Origin: an uncultured delta proteobacterium | GTDB lineage: Bacteria; Myxococcota_A; UBA9160; UBA4427 | DNA length: 64,000 bases | Reading direction: 5' to 3' | NCBI GenBank assembly: GCA_963822965.1 | Contig: CAWGJT010000006.1 | Span: 672,001 to 736,000 of the forward strand | The notes under the pieces: model-generated | Seen by the model: only the letters and a program-made list of their open reading frames with translations | What the model was told of the DNA's origin: nothing | Database searches by the model: none | Shown here: piece after piece, positions 24,555 through 35,025 of the stretch | Layout: every line of letters begins with the position of its first letter | Position numbering within the stretch: the stretch's first letter is position 1 | Position numbers and translations under genes: made by a program

Positions 24555-24991
24555 GCCGAGTGGACGTGACGGGCCGTTGCCTGTGTGGCGCGGTCACCCT
24601 GCACGCGAACGTGGACGAGAAGGTGGGCGCGTGCCACTGCGACCTGTGCCGGGGCTGGGGCGGCGGCCCGCTCTTCGCACTCGATGGCGGCAGCCAGCTG
24701 CAGATCGAGGGGGAGGAGCACGTCGCCTGCTACGCGAGCAGCGAGCGCGCGGAGCGGGGCTTCTGCGCCCGCTGTGGCAGCCACCTCTTCATCCGGGTTC
24801 GCGGCTCGGGACGCCTCGTCCTGCCCGCCGGCCTCTTCCCGCTCGATGCGGAGCTTCGCTTCGACCACCAGATCTTCATCGACAAGAAACCCGGGTTCTA
24901 CACGTTCGCCGACGAGACGAAGTGCATCACGGGCGACGAGCTCTTCGCCCAGGCCGCGCAGGGACGGACCGCGGGCAACCTCGAAACCTGA
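24551..24991 (+). CDS. GFA (glutathione-dependent formaldehyde-activating) family protein
   Basis: GRCLCGAV, ACHCDLCRGWGG, RGFCARCGSHLF. Confidence 0.9.
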   Translation: MSRVDVTGRCLCGAVTLHANVDEKVGACHCDLCRGWGGGPLFALDGGSQLQIEGEEHVACYASSERAERGFCARCGSHLFIRVRGSGRLVLPAGLFPLDAELRFDHQIFIDKKPGFYTFADETKCITGDELFAQAAQGRTAGNLET

Positions 24992-25041
24992 TCGAAGGCC
25001 TGATCCGGTCGACCGGCGGCCCCCGAACGGCCGGACTGCGA

Positions 25042-25923
25042 CTAGAAGACCTCCCCCGCCGCCCGCCTCCGCATCATGTCCTCGATGTCCACTGACATCG
25101 GGGCTCCGCGCGCCAGCACCTTCTCCACGCGGTCTCGCACGAGCGGGTCCCAGGCGGGGTGCGGCAGGATGTAGAAGCGCTCCTCCTGGATCGACTGCAG
25201 GACGATCTCGGCGATCTCCGCGGGCGGCTTGCCCTGCTGGATCATGGCGGCGCCGATCGCCCGCATCGTCTCGTCCGGGGCTTCCTTGCCCTTCGCCTCG
25301 AGCTCCTTCGGGCGGTTGCGCTCGGCGTCGAAGATGCGGGTGTTCACGAAGCCCGGGCACAGCACGGACGCGCCGATGGCGGCGCCGCGGTCCTTCAGGT
25401 TGCGGTAGAGGCCTTCGCTCAGCGACAGCACGCCGTGCTTGCTGACGCTGTACGGTCCGCCGCCGGGGAGCAGGCCCGCCAGGGAGGCGGTGTTCACGAT
25501 GTGCCCTTCTTCGCCGTGGGCGAGCATGCCGGGCACGAAGGCCTGCAGGCCGTAGAGGACGCCAAAGAAGTTGACGCCGAGCACCCAGTCCCAGTCCTCG
25601 TCGTCGATCTCCCACACACCGCGGCCGCCCTCGCCCAGGCTCGCCACGCCGGCGTTGTTGACGAGGATGTGGACGTTGCCGAACGCATCGACGGCGCGAC
25701 GGGCCAGCTCGCCCACGGATTCGCGGCTGCGGGTGTCGACGCCGACGCCTCGCACCGAGTGGCCCTGCCCCTCCAGCTCGGCGACGGCGCTGGCGAGCGC
25801 CTTCTCCTCGACGTCGGCCAGCACCACGTTCATGCCCGCGCTCGCAAAGAGATCGGCGAGTGCGCGGCCGATGCCGCTGGCGGCGCCCGTGACGACCGCG
25901 GTCCTGCCTTCGAAATCGCGCAT
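25042..25923 (-). CDS. SDR family oxidoreductase
   Basis: VVTGAASGIG, NNAGV, NTASLAG, YSVSK. Confidence 0.92.
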   Translation of the reverse strand: MRDFEGRTAVVTGAASGIGRALADLFASAGMNVVLADVEEKALASAVAELEGQGHSVRGVGVDTRSRESVGELARRAVDAFGNVHILVNNAGVASLGEGGRGVWEIDDEDWDWVLGVNFFGVLYGLQAFVPGMLAHGEEGHIVNTASLAGLLPGGGPYSVSKHGVLSLSEGLYRNLKDRGAAIGASVLCPGFVNTRIFDAERNRPKELEAKGKEAPDETMRAIGAAMIQQGKPPAEIAEIVLQSIQEERFYILPHPAWDPLVRDRVEKVLARGAPMSVDIEDMMRRRAAGEVF

Positions 25924-26061
25924 GCTGGCTCTCCTGGGGCCCGGCTGGGACCGCCGGGGTCGGGCTGAGAATGTGAGCGGGGAAGGATACCCTCCTAGCG
26001 ACACCCGCTCTGCCTCTTTTTCAGCCCACGGCCAAGCGCCACCCTGCCCCGGAGATCCCCT

Positions 26062-27309
26062 TTGCGATTTGGCGTCTTCTACGAGCTGCAGCTCCCCAAG
26101 CCCTGGCACGAAGGTGACGAGCACCGCCTCTTCCACGAGGCCCTCGACCAGGTCGTGCTCGCCGACCGCCTGGGCTTCGACCACGCCTGGGAGGTCGAGC
26201 ACCACTTCCTCGACGAGTACTCGCACTCGTCCGCGCCCGAGGTGTTCCTGGCCTGCGCGGCGGCCCGCACCTCCCGCATCCGGCTGGGCCACGGCATCCG
26301 CCAGGTGATCCCGAACTACAACCACCCGGCGCGCACCGCCGAAGGCCTGGCCACCCTCGACCTGCTCTCGAACGGCCGCGTCGACTTCGGCATCGGCGAG
26401 GGGGCCACGCGCCTCGAGCTCGGCGGCTTCGGCATCCCCGCGAAGGAGAAGCGCGCGATGGCGCTCGAGGCGGCCGAGCAGATCGCCAACATGATGGTGC
26501 TCGACCCCTACCCGGGCTTCGAAGGCCGCGGCTTCTCCATGCCCTGCCGCAACGTGCTCCCGAAGCCGCTGCAGAAGCCCCACCCGCCCATGTGGATGGC
26601 CTGCACGAATCGCGACACGATCCGCGTGGCGGCGCGCAACGGCCTCGGCGCCCTGGCCTTCTCCTTCGTCGACCCGGAGGAGGCCAAGGCCTGGGCGCAG
26701 GTCTACTACGACATCATCCGCTCGGACGAGTGCGTGCCGCTGGGCCACAGCGTGAACGCGAACATCGCCATGGTCTCGAGCTTCTCGCTGCACCACGACC
26801 GCGCCGAGGCGATCCGCCGCGGCCAGGAGGGCTTCGAGTTCTTCGGCTACGCGCTGCGCGCGCTCGTCGCCCACGACACGGTGCCCGGCCGCACGCAGCT
26901 GTGGCAGGAGTTTCGCGAAGGGCGCGGCGAGCGCACCGCAGAGATCGTCGCGGCCTCGAAGGACCCCGCCTACCAGCCCGGCGGCATCGGCACGCCCGAC
27001 GACATGCGCGCCCACCTGCACGAGTTCCAGGAGGCGGGCGTCGACCAGATCATCTTCATGCAGCAGGCCGGCCGGAACCGGCACGAGCACATCTGCGAAT
27101 CGCTCGAGCTCTTCGCCCGCGAGGTGATGGAGCCCTTCGCCGCCGAGGCCGAGGAGCGCGAGCGGAAGAAGGCCGAAGAGCTCGCGCCCTACGTCGAGGC
27201 GGCGCTGGCCCGCAAGCAGTGGATGCAGCCGCTGGCCGACGACGAGATCCCGGTGGTGCGGGCTTCGGTCAAGCAGGTCGAGGTGAACCGGGACAGCGCG
27301 CGTGGCTGA
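26062..27309 (+). CDS. LLM-class flavin-dependent oxidoreductase
   Basis: FGVFYELQLP, WEVEHHFLDEYSHSSAPE, PKPLQKPHPP. Confidence 0.92.
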   Translation: MRFGVFYELQLPKPWHEGDEHRLFHEALDQVVLADRLGFDHAWEVEHHFLDEYSHSSAPEVFLACAAARTSRIRLGHGIRQVIPNYNHPARTAEGLATLDLLSNGRVDFGIGEGATRLELGGFGIPAKEKRAMALEAAEQIANMMVLDPYPGFEGRGFSMPCRNVLPKPLQKPHPPMWMACTNRDTIRVAARNGLGALAFSFVDPEEAKAWAQVYYDIIRSDECVPLGHSVNANIAMVSSFSLHHDRAEAIRRGQEGFEFFGYALRALVAHDTVPGRTQLWQEFREGRGERTAEIVAASKDPAYQPGGIGTPDDMRAHLHEFQEAGVDQIIFMQQAGRNRHEHICESLELFAREVMEPFAAEAEERERKKAEELAPYVEAALARKQWMQPLADDEIPVVRASVKQVEVNRDSARG

Positions 27310-27330
27310 CGGGACGCAGCCAGGGACGGG

Positions 27331-27981
27331 CTACAGCCCCTGCTTCCAGTGGTTCCAGTAGGTGATGTGCTCCGGCGGGCGCCGCTCGGCGGGCTTGAAG
27401 TCGTCTCCCTTCGTGTACGCCACGGGCAGCAGCGCCACCTGGGTGACGTCGTCCGGGATGCCGAAGAGCTTGGCGGCCTCGTCCGCGAAGGCCAGGTGGA
27501 AGCTCGTGATGACGCTGCCGAGGCCGCGGGCGCGCAGCGCGAGCTGGAAGCTCCAGACCGCCGGAAAGATCGAGCCCCAGAAGCCGGCCTGCATGGCGGT
27601 GGGCGTGCTGGGCGAGAGCTTGCCCTTGATGCACGGGATGACGTGGACGGGCACGTCCTGCAGGTGCTCGGCCAGGTACTGGGCCGAGGTGAGGACGCGC
27701 GCGGTCTGCTCGTGGCCCGAGGCCTTCGCCTGCTCGGCGCCGGCGGCGAGGTAGTCGCCGCTGGCCTTGCGGTACCAGTCCGCCAGCTGCTGGCGCTTCG
27801 CGGCGTCGGTCACCACCAGCCAGCGCCAGCCCTGCTGGTTCGAGCCGGTGGGGGCCTGCTGGGAGAGCGCGATGCAGCGGTGGATGATTTCGGGCGGCAC
27901 GGCGCGCTCGAGGTCGAGGCGCTTGCGGACGGCGCGGGTGGTGGAGAGGAGGCGGTCGGTCTCGTCGAGGTCGAAGGGCAT
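27331..27981 (-). CDS. Nitroreductase family protein
   Basis: LLSTTRAVRKRLD, QAPTGSN, SIFPAVWSFQLALRARGLG. Confidence 0.9.
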   Translation of the reverse strand: MPFDLDETDRLLSTTRAVRKRLDLERAVPPEIIHRCIALSQQAPTGSNQQGWRWLVVTDAAKRQQLADWYRKASGDYLAAGAEQAKASGHEQTARVLTSAQYLAEHLQDVPVHVIPCIKGKLSPSTPTAMQAGFWGSIFPAVWSFQLALRARGLGSVITSFHLAFADEAAKLFGIPDDVTQVALLPVAYTKGDDFKPAERRPPEHITYWNHWKQGL

Positions 27982-28014
27982 GCGACAAGCTTACCCTGCA
28001 GCCGTACTCCCGCT

Positions 28015-28274
28015 CTAGTCCCGCCGTCCGCCGCCCAGCAGCCCGAGCTGCATCGCCCAGTAAAGCAGCGTCATCAGCGAGGTCGCGAAGGCGGCCACGT
28101 AGGTGAGCGCCGCCGCGTCCAGCACGGACTTCGCTCCCTTGTACTCGTCGTCCGTCACGTAGCGGCCCTGCAGGCAGGCGAGCGCTCGCTTGCTGGCGTC
28201 GAACTCCACGGGCAGGGTCACCAGGGTGAAGACGGTGGTGGTGGCGAAGAGGCCGATGCCGATCCACGCGAGGG
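28015..28274 (-). pseudogene. 3' fragment of a YugP-like zinc metallopeptidase
   Basis: LVTLPVEFDASKRAL...VLDAAALTYVAA; 5' part replaced by the 84-bp element. Confidence 0.85.
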
Positions 28275-28358
28275 GAGCATAGGGCGGATGAGCCGGGTTT
28301 CCGCCTCAGGTCCGGGTAGGGACGTTATGTCAATCCCCCAGAGGGGCCCGGCGGCGGG
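28275..28358 (-). mobile_element. 84-bp junction element, copy 2
   Basis: Identical to copy 1. Confidence 0.9.
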
Positions 28359-28417
28359 CAGCGGCATATGGAGGACGCTCTGGCTCGAGCCCGGCGGCGC
28401 GCCGTTCCCGCGCGCCC

Positions 28418-29515
28418 TCAATCGAGCTCGTCGAGCAACTCCCCCGCCGCCGAGACGAGCGCGGGGATCCGCGCGGCGATGATCTCCATGCGCGGGTCCT
28501 GGCTGTCGCCCACCACCCAGCGGTGATGGAGCTGCTGCACGACGGTCGCCGTCTTCCACTGGGCGAAGGCGTCGTACCAGCCCACGCGGGAGACGTCGAG
28601 ACCGGTCCGCGCGGCGTAGATCTCGGTCACCTCGGCGCGGGTCGGCAGCCCCATGCGCTCCATGCCCACGTGGCTGCCGCGCGAGTGCTCGCCGTCCGAC
28701 GGATCGGGCCAGTAGTTGAGCAGCGTCCCGAGGTCGATCAGCGGATCGCCCAGGGTCGTCATGTCCCAATCGAAGAAGGCGATCACGCGGTCGGGGTCCC
28801 GGGGCTCGAACATGCAGTTGTCGAGCTTCAGGTCGTTGTGGACGATCGACACGCGTTGCGGTGCGGGGAGCGACTCCGCGAGCCGTGCGTGCAGCGCGCA
28901 CATGGCGTCGTCGTGCTGCGGGTCGGCCACCAGGTCCCAGCGCTTCTTCCAGCCCTTCACCTGGCGTTCGACGAAGCCGTCGGGGTGGCCGAGGTCTTCG
29001 AGCCCGCAGGCCGTGGGGTCGAGCAGGTGGAACTCGGCAATGGCTTCGACCAGCGCCGTTCCGATGCGGCGACCCACATCGGGATGGCCGCGCATGCTGG
29101 CCGGAATCAGCCCCCGGATGACCTCGCCCCGGCGGCGCTCCATCACGAAGAAGTCGGCCCCCGCGACCGCTGGATCGTCGCAGAACAGGAAGGCCCGCGG
29201 TGCGCGGTCGAAGTGACGCCAGAGGCGCGACAACACCTTGTACTCGCGCTTCATGTCGTGAGCCCCGGGCGCGAGCGTTCCAAACGGAGGCCGCCGCAGC
29301 ACCAGCTCGCGCTCGCCGAAGCGGATCAGGTAGGTGAGGTTCGCGGCGCCGTTCGGAAACTGGAGCACCTCGAAGGGGCCCGAGACATGGAGATCGGCCG
29401 GGAGCTCGGTCCGCAGATAGGTCTCGATGCGCTTCCAGTCGAGATCCTCGCCCGGGCGAACGGGAGCCACCTCCGGCGCGATCTCGGGCTCGTCTCGAAC
29501 GGCGTCCGTCGTCAT
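28418..29515 (-). CDS. Phosphotransferase family protein (APH/ACAD10-like)
   Basis: QFPNGAANLTY, VLRRPPFG, AHDMKRE, HNDLKLDN, FDWDMTTLGDP. Confidence 0.9.
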   Translation of the reverse strand: MTTDAVRDEPEIAPEVAPVRPGEDLDWKRIETYLRTELPADLHVSGPFEVLQFPNGAANLTYLIRFGERELVLRRPPFGTLAPGAHDMKREYKVLSRLWRHFDRAPRAFLFCDDPAVAGADFFVMERRRGEVIRGLIPASMRGHPDVGRRIGTALVEAIAEFHLLDPTACGLEDLGHPDGFVERQVKGWKKRWDLVADPQHDDAMCALHARLAESLPAPQRVSIVHNDLKLDNCMFEPRDPDRVIAFFDWDMTTLGDPLIDLGTLLNYWPDPSDGEHSRGSHVGMERMGLPTRAEVTEIYAARTGLDVSRVGWYDAFAQWKTATVVQQLHHRWVVGDSQDPRMEIIAARIPALVSAAGELLDELD

Positions 29516-29788
29516 GGCCGCTCGATCGTAGTCGAGGTCGCGGGCGCGGCACCGTGCCCAGGCCCTTCCGTCCCAGGGCCGCACGAGCGCCGCTCATCGC
29601 AGAGGTGTCCCGCACTTGCTCAGCGAACGCCCGCTGCGGCGCCCTCCGCCAGGAACCCGGCCACCAGCTGCATCACACGCGGGTCGAGATCGGGGCCGCT
29701 GGCATCCGGGGCGTCCTTCCCGCACCGTCACTCTCGGACGGGAGGCGGATGCCTTGCGGTGCATCGATTCGGAAGCAGGGGGATTGGG

Positions 29789-30151
29789 ATGAAGACTCGC
29801 AACAGGATCCATGGGCCCGTCGTGCTCGCGCTGCTGGCCGTCGCTTCCGCCGGCGCCTGCGCGGATTCGCTGGCGAGACACGAGTCGTACATCCGGCGGG
29901 GAATCCTCATCCGGGGGCTGCACCGTGAGGCATTCCTCGAGGAGTGGGGCCCCCCGACGAGAACCTCGGTGATGACCGTCGAGGAGGCGGCCGAAGGACC
30001 GCCGCCGGTCGCCGGAGCGATGCCCGAACGCCGCAAGGCCTATGACGTGTGGGAGTACTCCGACCCCGCGGTCACCCTGGTCTTCAGCGGCACGAGGCTC
30101 AGCTCGTGGAAGACGGACCTGACCGTCCAGGAGCTCCGGAGGAGCCCGTAG
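29789..30151 (+). CDS. Hypothetical lipoprotein
   Basis: AGAC lipobox; WGPPTRT...VWEY motif. Confidence 0.6.
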   Translation: MKTRNRIHGPVVLALLAVASAGACADSLARHESYIRRGILIRGLHREAFLEEWGPPTRTSVMTVEEAAEGPPPVAGAMPERRKAYDVWEYSDPAVTLVFSGTRLSSWKTDLTVQELRRSP

Positions 30152-30311
30152 GAGCCTGACTCAAGACACCTCGCGCCGCCCTGACGCCGATGCATCGCCG
30201 CTGGCTGCGTTGCGCTGCGTCGCCGTAGGCCGCGCTACGGCCTCCTCACGCGCCTTGCCACCGGCGCGCCTCGACGCCAGGGCTTTCCACGGGAGTCTTG
30301 CGTCAGGCTCC
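30151..30311. mobile_element. MITE, 161 bp, with 17-bp terminal inverted repeats and TA flanks
   Basis: GGAGCCTGACTCAAGAC ... GTCTTGCGTCAGGCTCC (16/17 match); inserted at a TAG stop codon. Confidence 0.8.
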
Positions 30312-30344
30312 TAGCAGGCAAGCGGGGCTGTCGGAATCCGGTGA

Positions 30345-31223
30345 CTATGCGCGATGGCGCCGGCGCGCCAGCCCGGCGGCCCCGCAGGCCAGCAGCCCGG
30401 CGGCGACACCGATGCCCGGTCCCGGCAGCTGGGAAGGCCGGACGGTCGCCGAGGCGCCTGCGCCCACCAACGCGTAGCCCCCCTGGATGGCCGTCATGTG
30501 GACCGCATCGGTCGGACTCTGCCACGCAGACGACGGTCGGAAGCTGAGGCCTCCGTCGAGGCTGTAGGCAAACGAGAGGGAGTTGCTGGCGTCGGCGAAG
30601 TCGACCTCGAGGACGATCGGGCCCGTCACCTCGGCGGGGTCGAAGGGATCGCAGGCGAACCAGGTGGCGAAGGCCTCCGTGTACACCATCGAGACCCGCG
30701 GGCCCACGTCCTGGCAGGTCGCGGCGGCGAGGTCACCCGCGTAGTCGGATGCGATCACCGACAGATTCAGGGCGGCGGTGCCGCTGCCCTGCACGAGCAG
30801 GTAGGTGAAGAGCTGCCGGTCGTAGTCGCGGCCGGTCACCTCGGGAAGCGGTCCCGTCCAGCTGGTGCGGAACACGCCGTCTCCGCCTCCATCGAAGAAG
30901 CCGTGCATCGACGGCCCGGGGCTCAGCAGGACGACGTCCCGGTAGCCCGTCGCGTACTCGATGAGAGAAGACGCCGTGTATTCGAAGGCCTGTGCGCCAT
31001 CGCCCGTCTTCAGTCGCAGCACGCCCGGATCCTCGCTGGTGGTGCCGTACAGGTCGAAGAAGTCGGAGGTCGGCGGCAGGTCGCGTTCTCCGTCGGAGAA
31101 GTCGTCGACAAAGCTGCTGGTCCCCGCGAGCTCGGCGCGCGTGAGCTCGAAGTCGAAGCTCTGCGCCTGAGCCGAGCCCGAGAGCCCCAGCAGCAGCGTC
31201 GCCAGCCACCCCGCCGGTCGCAT
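30345..31223 (-). CDS. Secreted protein with PEP-CTERM-like C-terminal anchor
   Basis: Signal peptide ending AQA; C-terminal LPGPG-TM-RRR. Confidence 0.7.
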   Translation of the reverse strand: MRPAGWLATLLLGLSGSAQAQSFDFELTRAELAGTSSFVDDFSDGERDLPPTSDFFDLYGTTSEDPGVLRLKTGDGAQAFEYTASSLIEYATGYRDVVLLSPGPSMHGFFDGGGDGVFRTSWTGPLPEVTGRDYDRQLFTYLLVQGSGTAALNLSVIASDYAGDLAAATCQDVGPRVSMVYTEAFATWFACDPFDPAEVTGPIVLEVDFADASNSLSFAYSLDGGLSFRPSSAWQSPTDAVHMTAIQGGYALVGAGASATVRPSQLPGPGIGVAAGLLACGAAGLARRRHRA

Positions 31224-31413
31224 GCTGCCCCGTACTGCGTTCGGCATCGCGCTCCTCCGCGTCCCGTGCTGTTTCGCTCTGGAAGAAGGCCCCGCTCCGC
31301 CACATTCGTGTGATAGTCTATCACGAGCGGCACCCGCCTCGCGAGATCCGGGGCGACGGCGAGTGACGAGGACTGGCATTGGCACCGGGTGGCGGGCCTG
31401 CGCGAGGTAGCCC

Positions 31414-32082
31414 GTGAGAAGAATCGCCGTCGTCGGCCTCACATGCGCTCTGCTCGTGCCCCTCTCGTCCATCGGCTGTACGACCCGGTACGGTCCTTCG
31501 GACGGTGTGCGGGCGCCCGCCCCGCCACTGGCCCCAGCAGCGCCCTTCGGACCGGTGACCGTCGCCTGGACCGAGCGCCTGCTGCAGCTCGCGCGGCGTT
31601 GCCTTCCCGCGAAGACGCAGCTGGCGCTGATGGTGAGCCTCGAGCACTTCACCGCCGTGTTCGCGGACCTGCTCCTCGGCCAGCCGCGCTTCACGCACGG
31701 GATGCATCCTGAGGTGCGCGAGCTGTGGCTGTGGCACGCCGTCGAGGAAACAGAGCACAAGGCCGTCGCCTTCGGCGTGTACCAGGCGGTGTGCGGCAGC
31801 TACTGGCTGCGGATCCTGATGATGACGCGCACCCTCGTGGGCTTCCCGCTCGGAATCGCGTTCTTCCAGCTGCTGCTTCTGTGGCGGGACCGGACACTCT
31901 TCGATCCGGCCGACCTCTGGCGCGGGCTGCGCTTCGTGTGGGGCCGAGGCGGCCTGGTGCGATCAGTCCTGCCCCAGCTGCTGCGCTTCTATCGACGCGA
32001 CCTCCACCCATGGCAGCACGACAACCGCCATCTGGTCCCGGCCTGGGTCGAGCGCAGCGGCTCAGGGGTCTCCGGGGGCTGA
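31414..32082 (+). pseudogene. Chimeric ORF: lipoprotein-like N-terminus fused to the C-terminal half of a predicted metal-dependent hydrolase
   Basis: SIGC lipobox-like start; SLEHFTA, LWLWHAVEETEHKAVAF, HPWQHDN; hydrolase N-half absent. Confidence 0.65.
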
Positions 32083-32215
32083 CTCGTGCGACCACCCCAG
32101 GATCGGTCAGCCCGCGCGGGCCGTAGCCCAGCAGGATACCGGGCCCGCTCGGCTCATGGCTGTGCCGCGGGCTTCGGAGGCCGGGGCTGACCTCGGCGCT
32201 GCAGCAGGAGAGCCC

Positions 32216-33091
32216 ATGGCTACCCGCCGCCCGCTGCATTCGTACTGGATCTGCTGCTCGGCCCGATCCGGCAGCTCGCTTCTGTGCCAGATCCTCGCCG
32301 CCACCGGGGTGGCCGGCAATCCGGACGAGTACTTCTTCTGGGACAACATGCCGTGCCAGGCCAAGCCGTGGGGGATGGCGGCGCGCTGGGGCTCCACGGA
32401 TTTCGAGGCATACGTGCAGCGTTCGTTTCGAGAGGGCACGACCGCGAATGGCTGGTTCGGTGTCAAGATGGCGCCCGGGCTGTACCTCGACACCTTCCTG
32501 CAAGAGGTGCGGAAGCTGCCCGGGCATGCGGACCCCGACCTCACGGCCAGGGAGCTGATCGACCGCTTCTTCCCGGATCTGCGCTTCGTCTTCCTCACGC
32601 GACGCGACAAGCTGCGCCAGGCCATCTCGTGGGTGAAGGCCAGCGAGCACGACGTCTGGACGAGCGAGCAGGAGCTGAAGCCCCGCGGCATGCCGCGCCA
32701 CGACTTCGCCAGGCTCGACGCGCAGCTCACCCTGCTCTCGCTCGTCGAGAGCCTCTGGCAGGATCTCTTCTCCGCGTGGGGGGTGCGGCCGCTGACGCTC
32801 GTCTACGAGGACTTCCAGCAGGACCACCGCGGCACCGCCGCGAGAGTCCTCGACTATCTGGGCATCGAAGAGCTGTACGACTACGACGCCCCCGCGAGCC
32901 GGATCCTCGAGGTCCGCCGCATGACCGACCCGACCAACGAGGGCTGCACGTTCACGCTCGGCAGATCGATCGGCAGGCTCACGCTTGCGGACAGCGCCGC
33001 GTTCTCGATCGCGCGGTGTTCGCATTCCTGGGAAGCAGCGTCCCCGTCGGCTTCAGCTATCGAAGTGGGTCACTCGACGACGAAGAGGTGA
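32216..33091 (+). CDS. Stf0-family sulfotransferase; last about 50 aa probably foreign
   Basis: SYWICCSARSGSSLLC, GNPDEYF, LTRRDKLRQAISW, LVYEDF. Confidence 0.85.
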   Translation: MATRRPLHSYWICCSARSGSSLLCQILAATGVAGNPDEYFFWDNMPCQAKPWGMAARWGSTDFEAYVQRSFREGTTANGWFGVKMAPGLYLDTFLQEVRKLPGHADPDLTARELIDRFFPDLRFVFLTRRDKLRQAISWVKASEHDVWTSEQELKPRGMPRHDFARLDAQLTLLSLVESLWQDLFSAWGVRPLTLVYEDFQQDHRGTAARVLDYLGIEELYDYDAPASRILEVRRMTDPTNEGCTFTLGRSIGRLTLADSAAFSIARCSHSWEAASPSASAIEVGHSTTKR

Positions 33092-33909
33092 TCGAGGCGC
33101 TCGAACGCACACATATGCCCCTCGCCGGGGAAGATCGTCGCGTCGACCTCGGGGATCTGCGAGATCAGGGCTCGCGTCATGCCGATGGGGCAGTTCCGGT
33201 CTTCTTCGCCGGCCCAGAGGCGGACGGGAATGGAGATGTCGGACAGCGAGAAGCCCCAGTCATGGCTCAACATGGCGACCTCATCGGCCATCGCTCGGCC
33301 ACCGTCGCGAACGGCCTCACGTATCTCCAGCATGAAGGCGTCCCGGATCTCCGGCTGCTCGAAGAAGCGACGGGCGTGCTCGTCGCGAGTCGGAATCAAG
33401 GCCGAGTCGGGAAGGAATCGCGCCGCAAAGCCGGTCACCCGCGACACGAATCGCTGAAAGCGAGGGCCACTCAGCCACAATCTTCGAAGGACCGGATCCA
33501 TGTTGGTCGTGGCATCGGGGGCGTCGAGCGGGCCGAGCGAGACCACCACGGTGATACTTCTGAGGCGCTTCGGGATCGATGCTGCGCACACGAGCGCGTG
33601 GGGACCGCCGCCGGAGACGCCGAGAAGATGAAACGTCGGCAGCTCGAGGTGGTCCGCGAGCGCTTCGACATCGCGAGGCCAATCGGTGAGCACTCTCGGC
33701 GCATAGCGAGAGGAGAGTCCAAAGCCTGGCCGTTCGGGTGTAATCAGTCGCACGCCCGCGGCTCGAGCGGGCGCATGGAGGTACGTTCCGCAGAATCGGG
33801 AGCCGGGAAGGCCGTGACAGACGATCGCCGTAGCGCCAGTCGGGTCGCCCCAGGTCGCGTACCCGAGAGTCCGTCCGTCAGGCAAGTTGAATGTCGCGGA
33901 TGTGTCCAT
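33070..33909 (-). CDS. Alpha/beta hydrolase
   Basis: DGRTLGY, HGLPGSR, RPGFGLS, GVSGG, GEED, EGH. Confidence 0.88.
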   Translation of the reverse strand: MDTSATFNLPDGRTLGYATWGDPTGATAIVCHGLPGSRFCGTYLHAPARAAGVRLITPERPGFGLSSRYAPRVLTDWPRDVEALADHLELPTFHLLGVSGGGPHALVCAASIPKRLRSITVVVSLGPLDAPDATTNMDPVLRRLWLSGPRFQRFVSRVTGFAARFLPDSALIPTRDEHARRFFEQPEIRDAFMLEIREAVRDGGRAMADEVAMLSHDWGFSLSDISIPVRLWAGEEDRNCPIGMTRALISQIPEVDATIFPGEGHMCAFERLDHLFVVE

Positions 33910-34032
33910 TGCCCATCCCTCCGCGGTCGATGCGGCCCTCATTCGTTCGTGCTCGCAGAGCGTATCGGAACGAAGAGCGGCTGGACGCCGGGGGCAACCT
34001 TCTGTGGCGCCTTCGAGATCGGGCCCGGCAAC

Positions 34033-34731
34033 TCAGACGAGATTGAACCGAACCCCACAGAGCTCGACGCATTCTCCCGCGCGACCCCGATCCGTCGCGA
34101 CGACGTCGACCGCCGCCAATCCATCGCCGCGACCATCTTCCGCCTTGCTGAATCGGATCGTCGCGTCGCTCAGTTGGATCATCGACGAATCCTCCAGCGG
34201 CTTGCCGAGCGCCAGACTCCAACGCTCCGCCATCGCCATCGGATCGTCCGCCTGGATCTCCGCCCCCACGAGATCCGTCACGACTTCCTTCCGGCTGTGA
34301 TAGGCCCAGTCCTGACCCGCCCAGGCCCAGGACTCCGGGGGATGGGCCTCGTCGATCGAGACGATCGCGCCGCCGACGTCCTTGGGATGGAGATGCAGGC
34401 CGCGGATGCCCGAGCCCTTTGCGTCGAAGGCGATGCGGATCCCGGCTTTCTCGAGTCGCGCCCGCTCGGCCTCGAGGTCCTCGACCTGGACGATCACCAT
34501 GTAGCCGCCGTCTCCGCCCCGGCGATCGAGGAAGCGCTCCGCGGTCGTCCCGGGCTGCTTGGGTGCCACGACCTCGAGGATCCGATCGCCGATCGGGTAG
34601 AGACCGTGCCTCAGACCGAAGACCGCGAGTCCCGGATCCCGATAGCAGACCTCGAGGCCGAGGGATTCGCAGATCGCTTGCTCGACGGGTCGGAGCTCGC
34701 GGGCGACGAGCGCGATTTGTCGTAGACGCAT
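34033..34731 (-). CDS. VOC/glyoxalase-like protein
   Basis: MRLRQIALVA, LEVVAP, GGDGGYMVI, HLHPKDVGGAIVSID. Confidence 0.85.
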   Translation of the reverse strand: MRLRQIALVARELRPVEQAICESLGLEVCYRDPGLAVFGLRHGLYPIGDRILEVVAPKQPGTTAERFLDRRGGDGGYMVIVQVEDLEAERARLEKAGIRIAFDAKGSGIRGLHLHPKDVGGAIVSIDEAHPPESWAWAGQDWAYHSRKEVVTDLVGAEIQADDPMAMAERWSLALGKPLEDSSMIQLSDATIRFSKAEDGRGDGLAAVDVVATDRGRAGECVELCGVRFNLV

Positions 34732-35025
34732 GGGGCACCTCGCAGCGTGGTTCGAAGGATCCGAGACGGACGCCAGCAAGAGTACAACCGAAGCGGCCGA
34801 CGCGAAAAGCTCGCGGCGAAGCGGGGCGCGGCGACGCCCGACCGCTGCCGGCCGGCGCTCCGCCTCGATCGACGTCCCCACGGCTCGTGATGTCCGCCGC
34901 CGGCCTGGGTTGTGCTTTCGTGGATGATTCCGGCGAAGTCCGCGGGTGAGCGCGAACTCCATTGGGGCGGCACGCCGATGCCCCGCCGCCGGGACCAGGG
35001 TCGACCCGACCCGTCGCGACACGGC

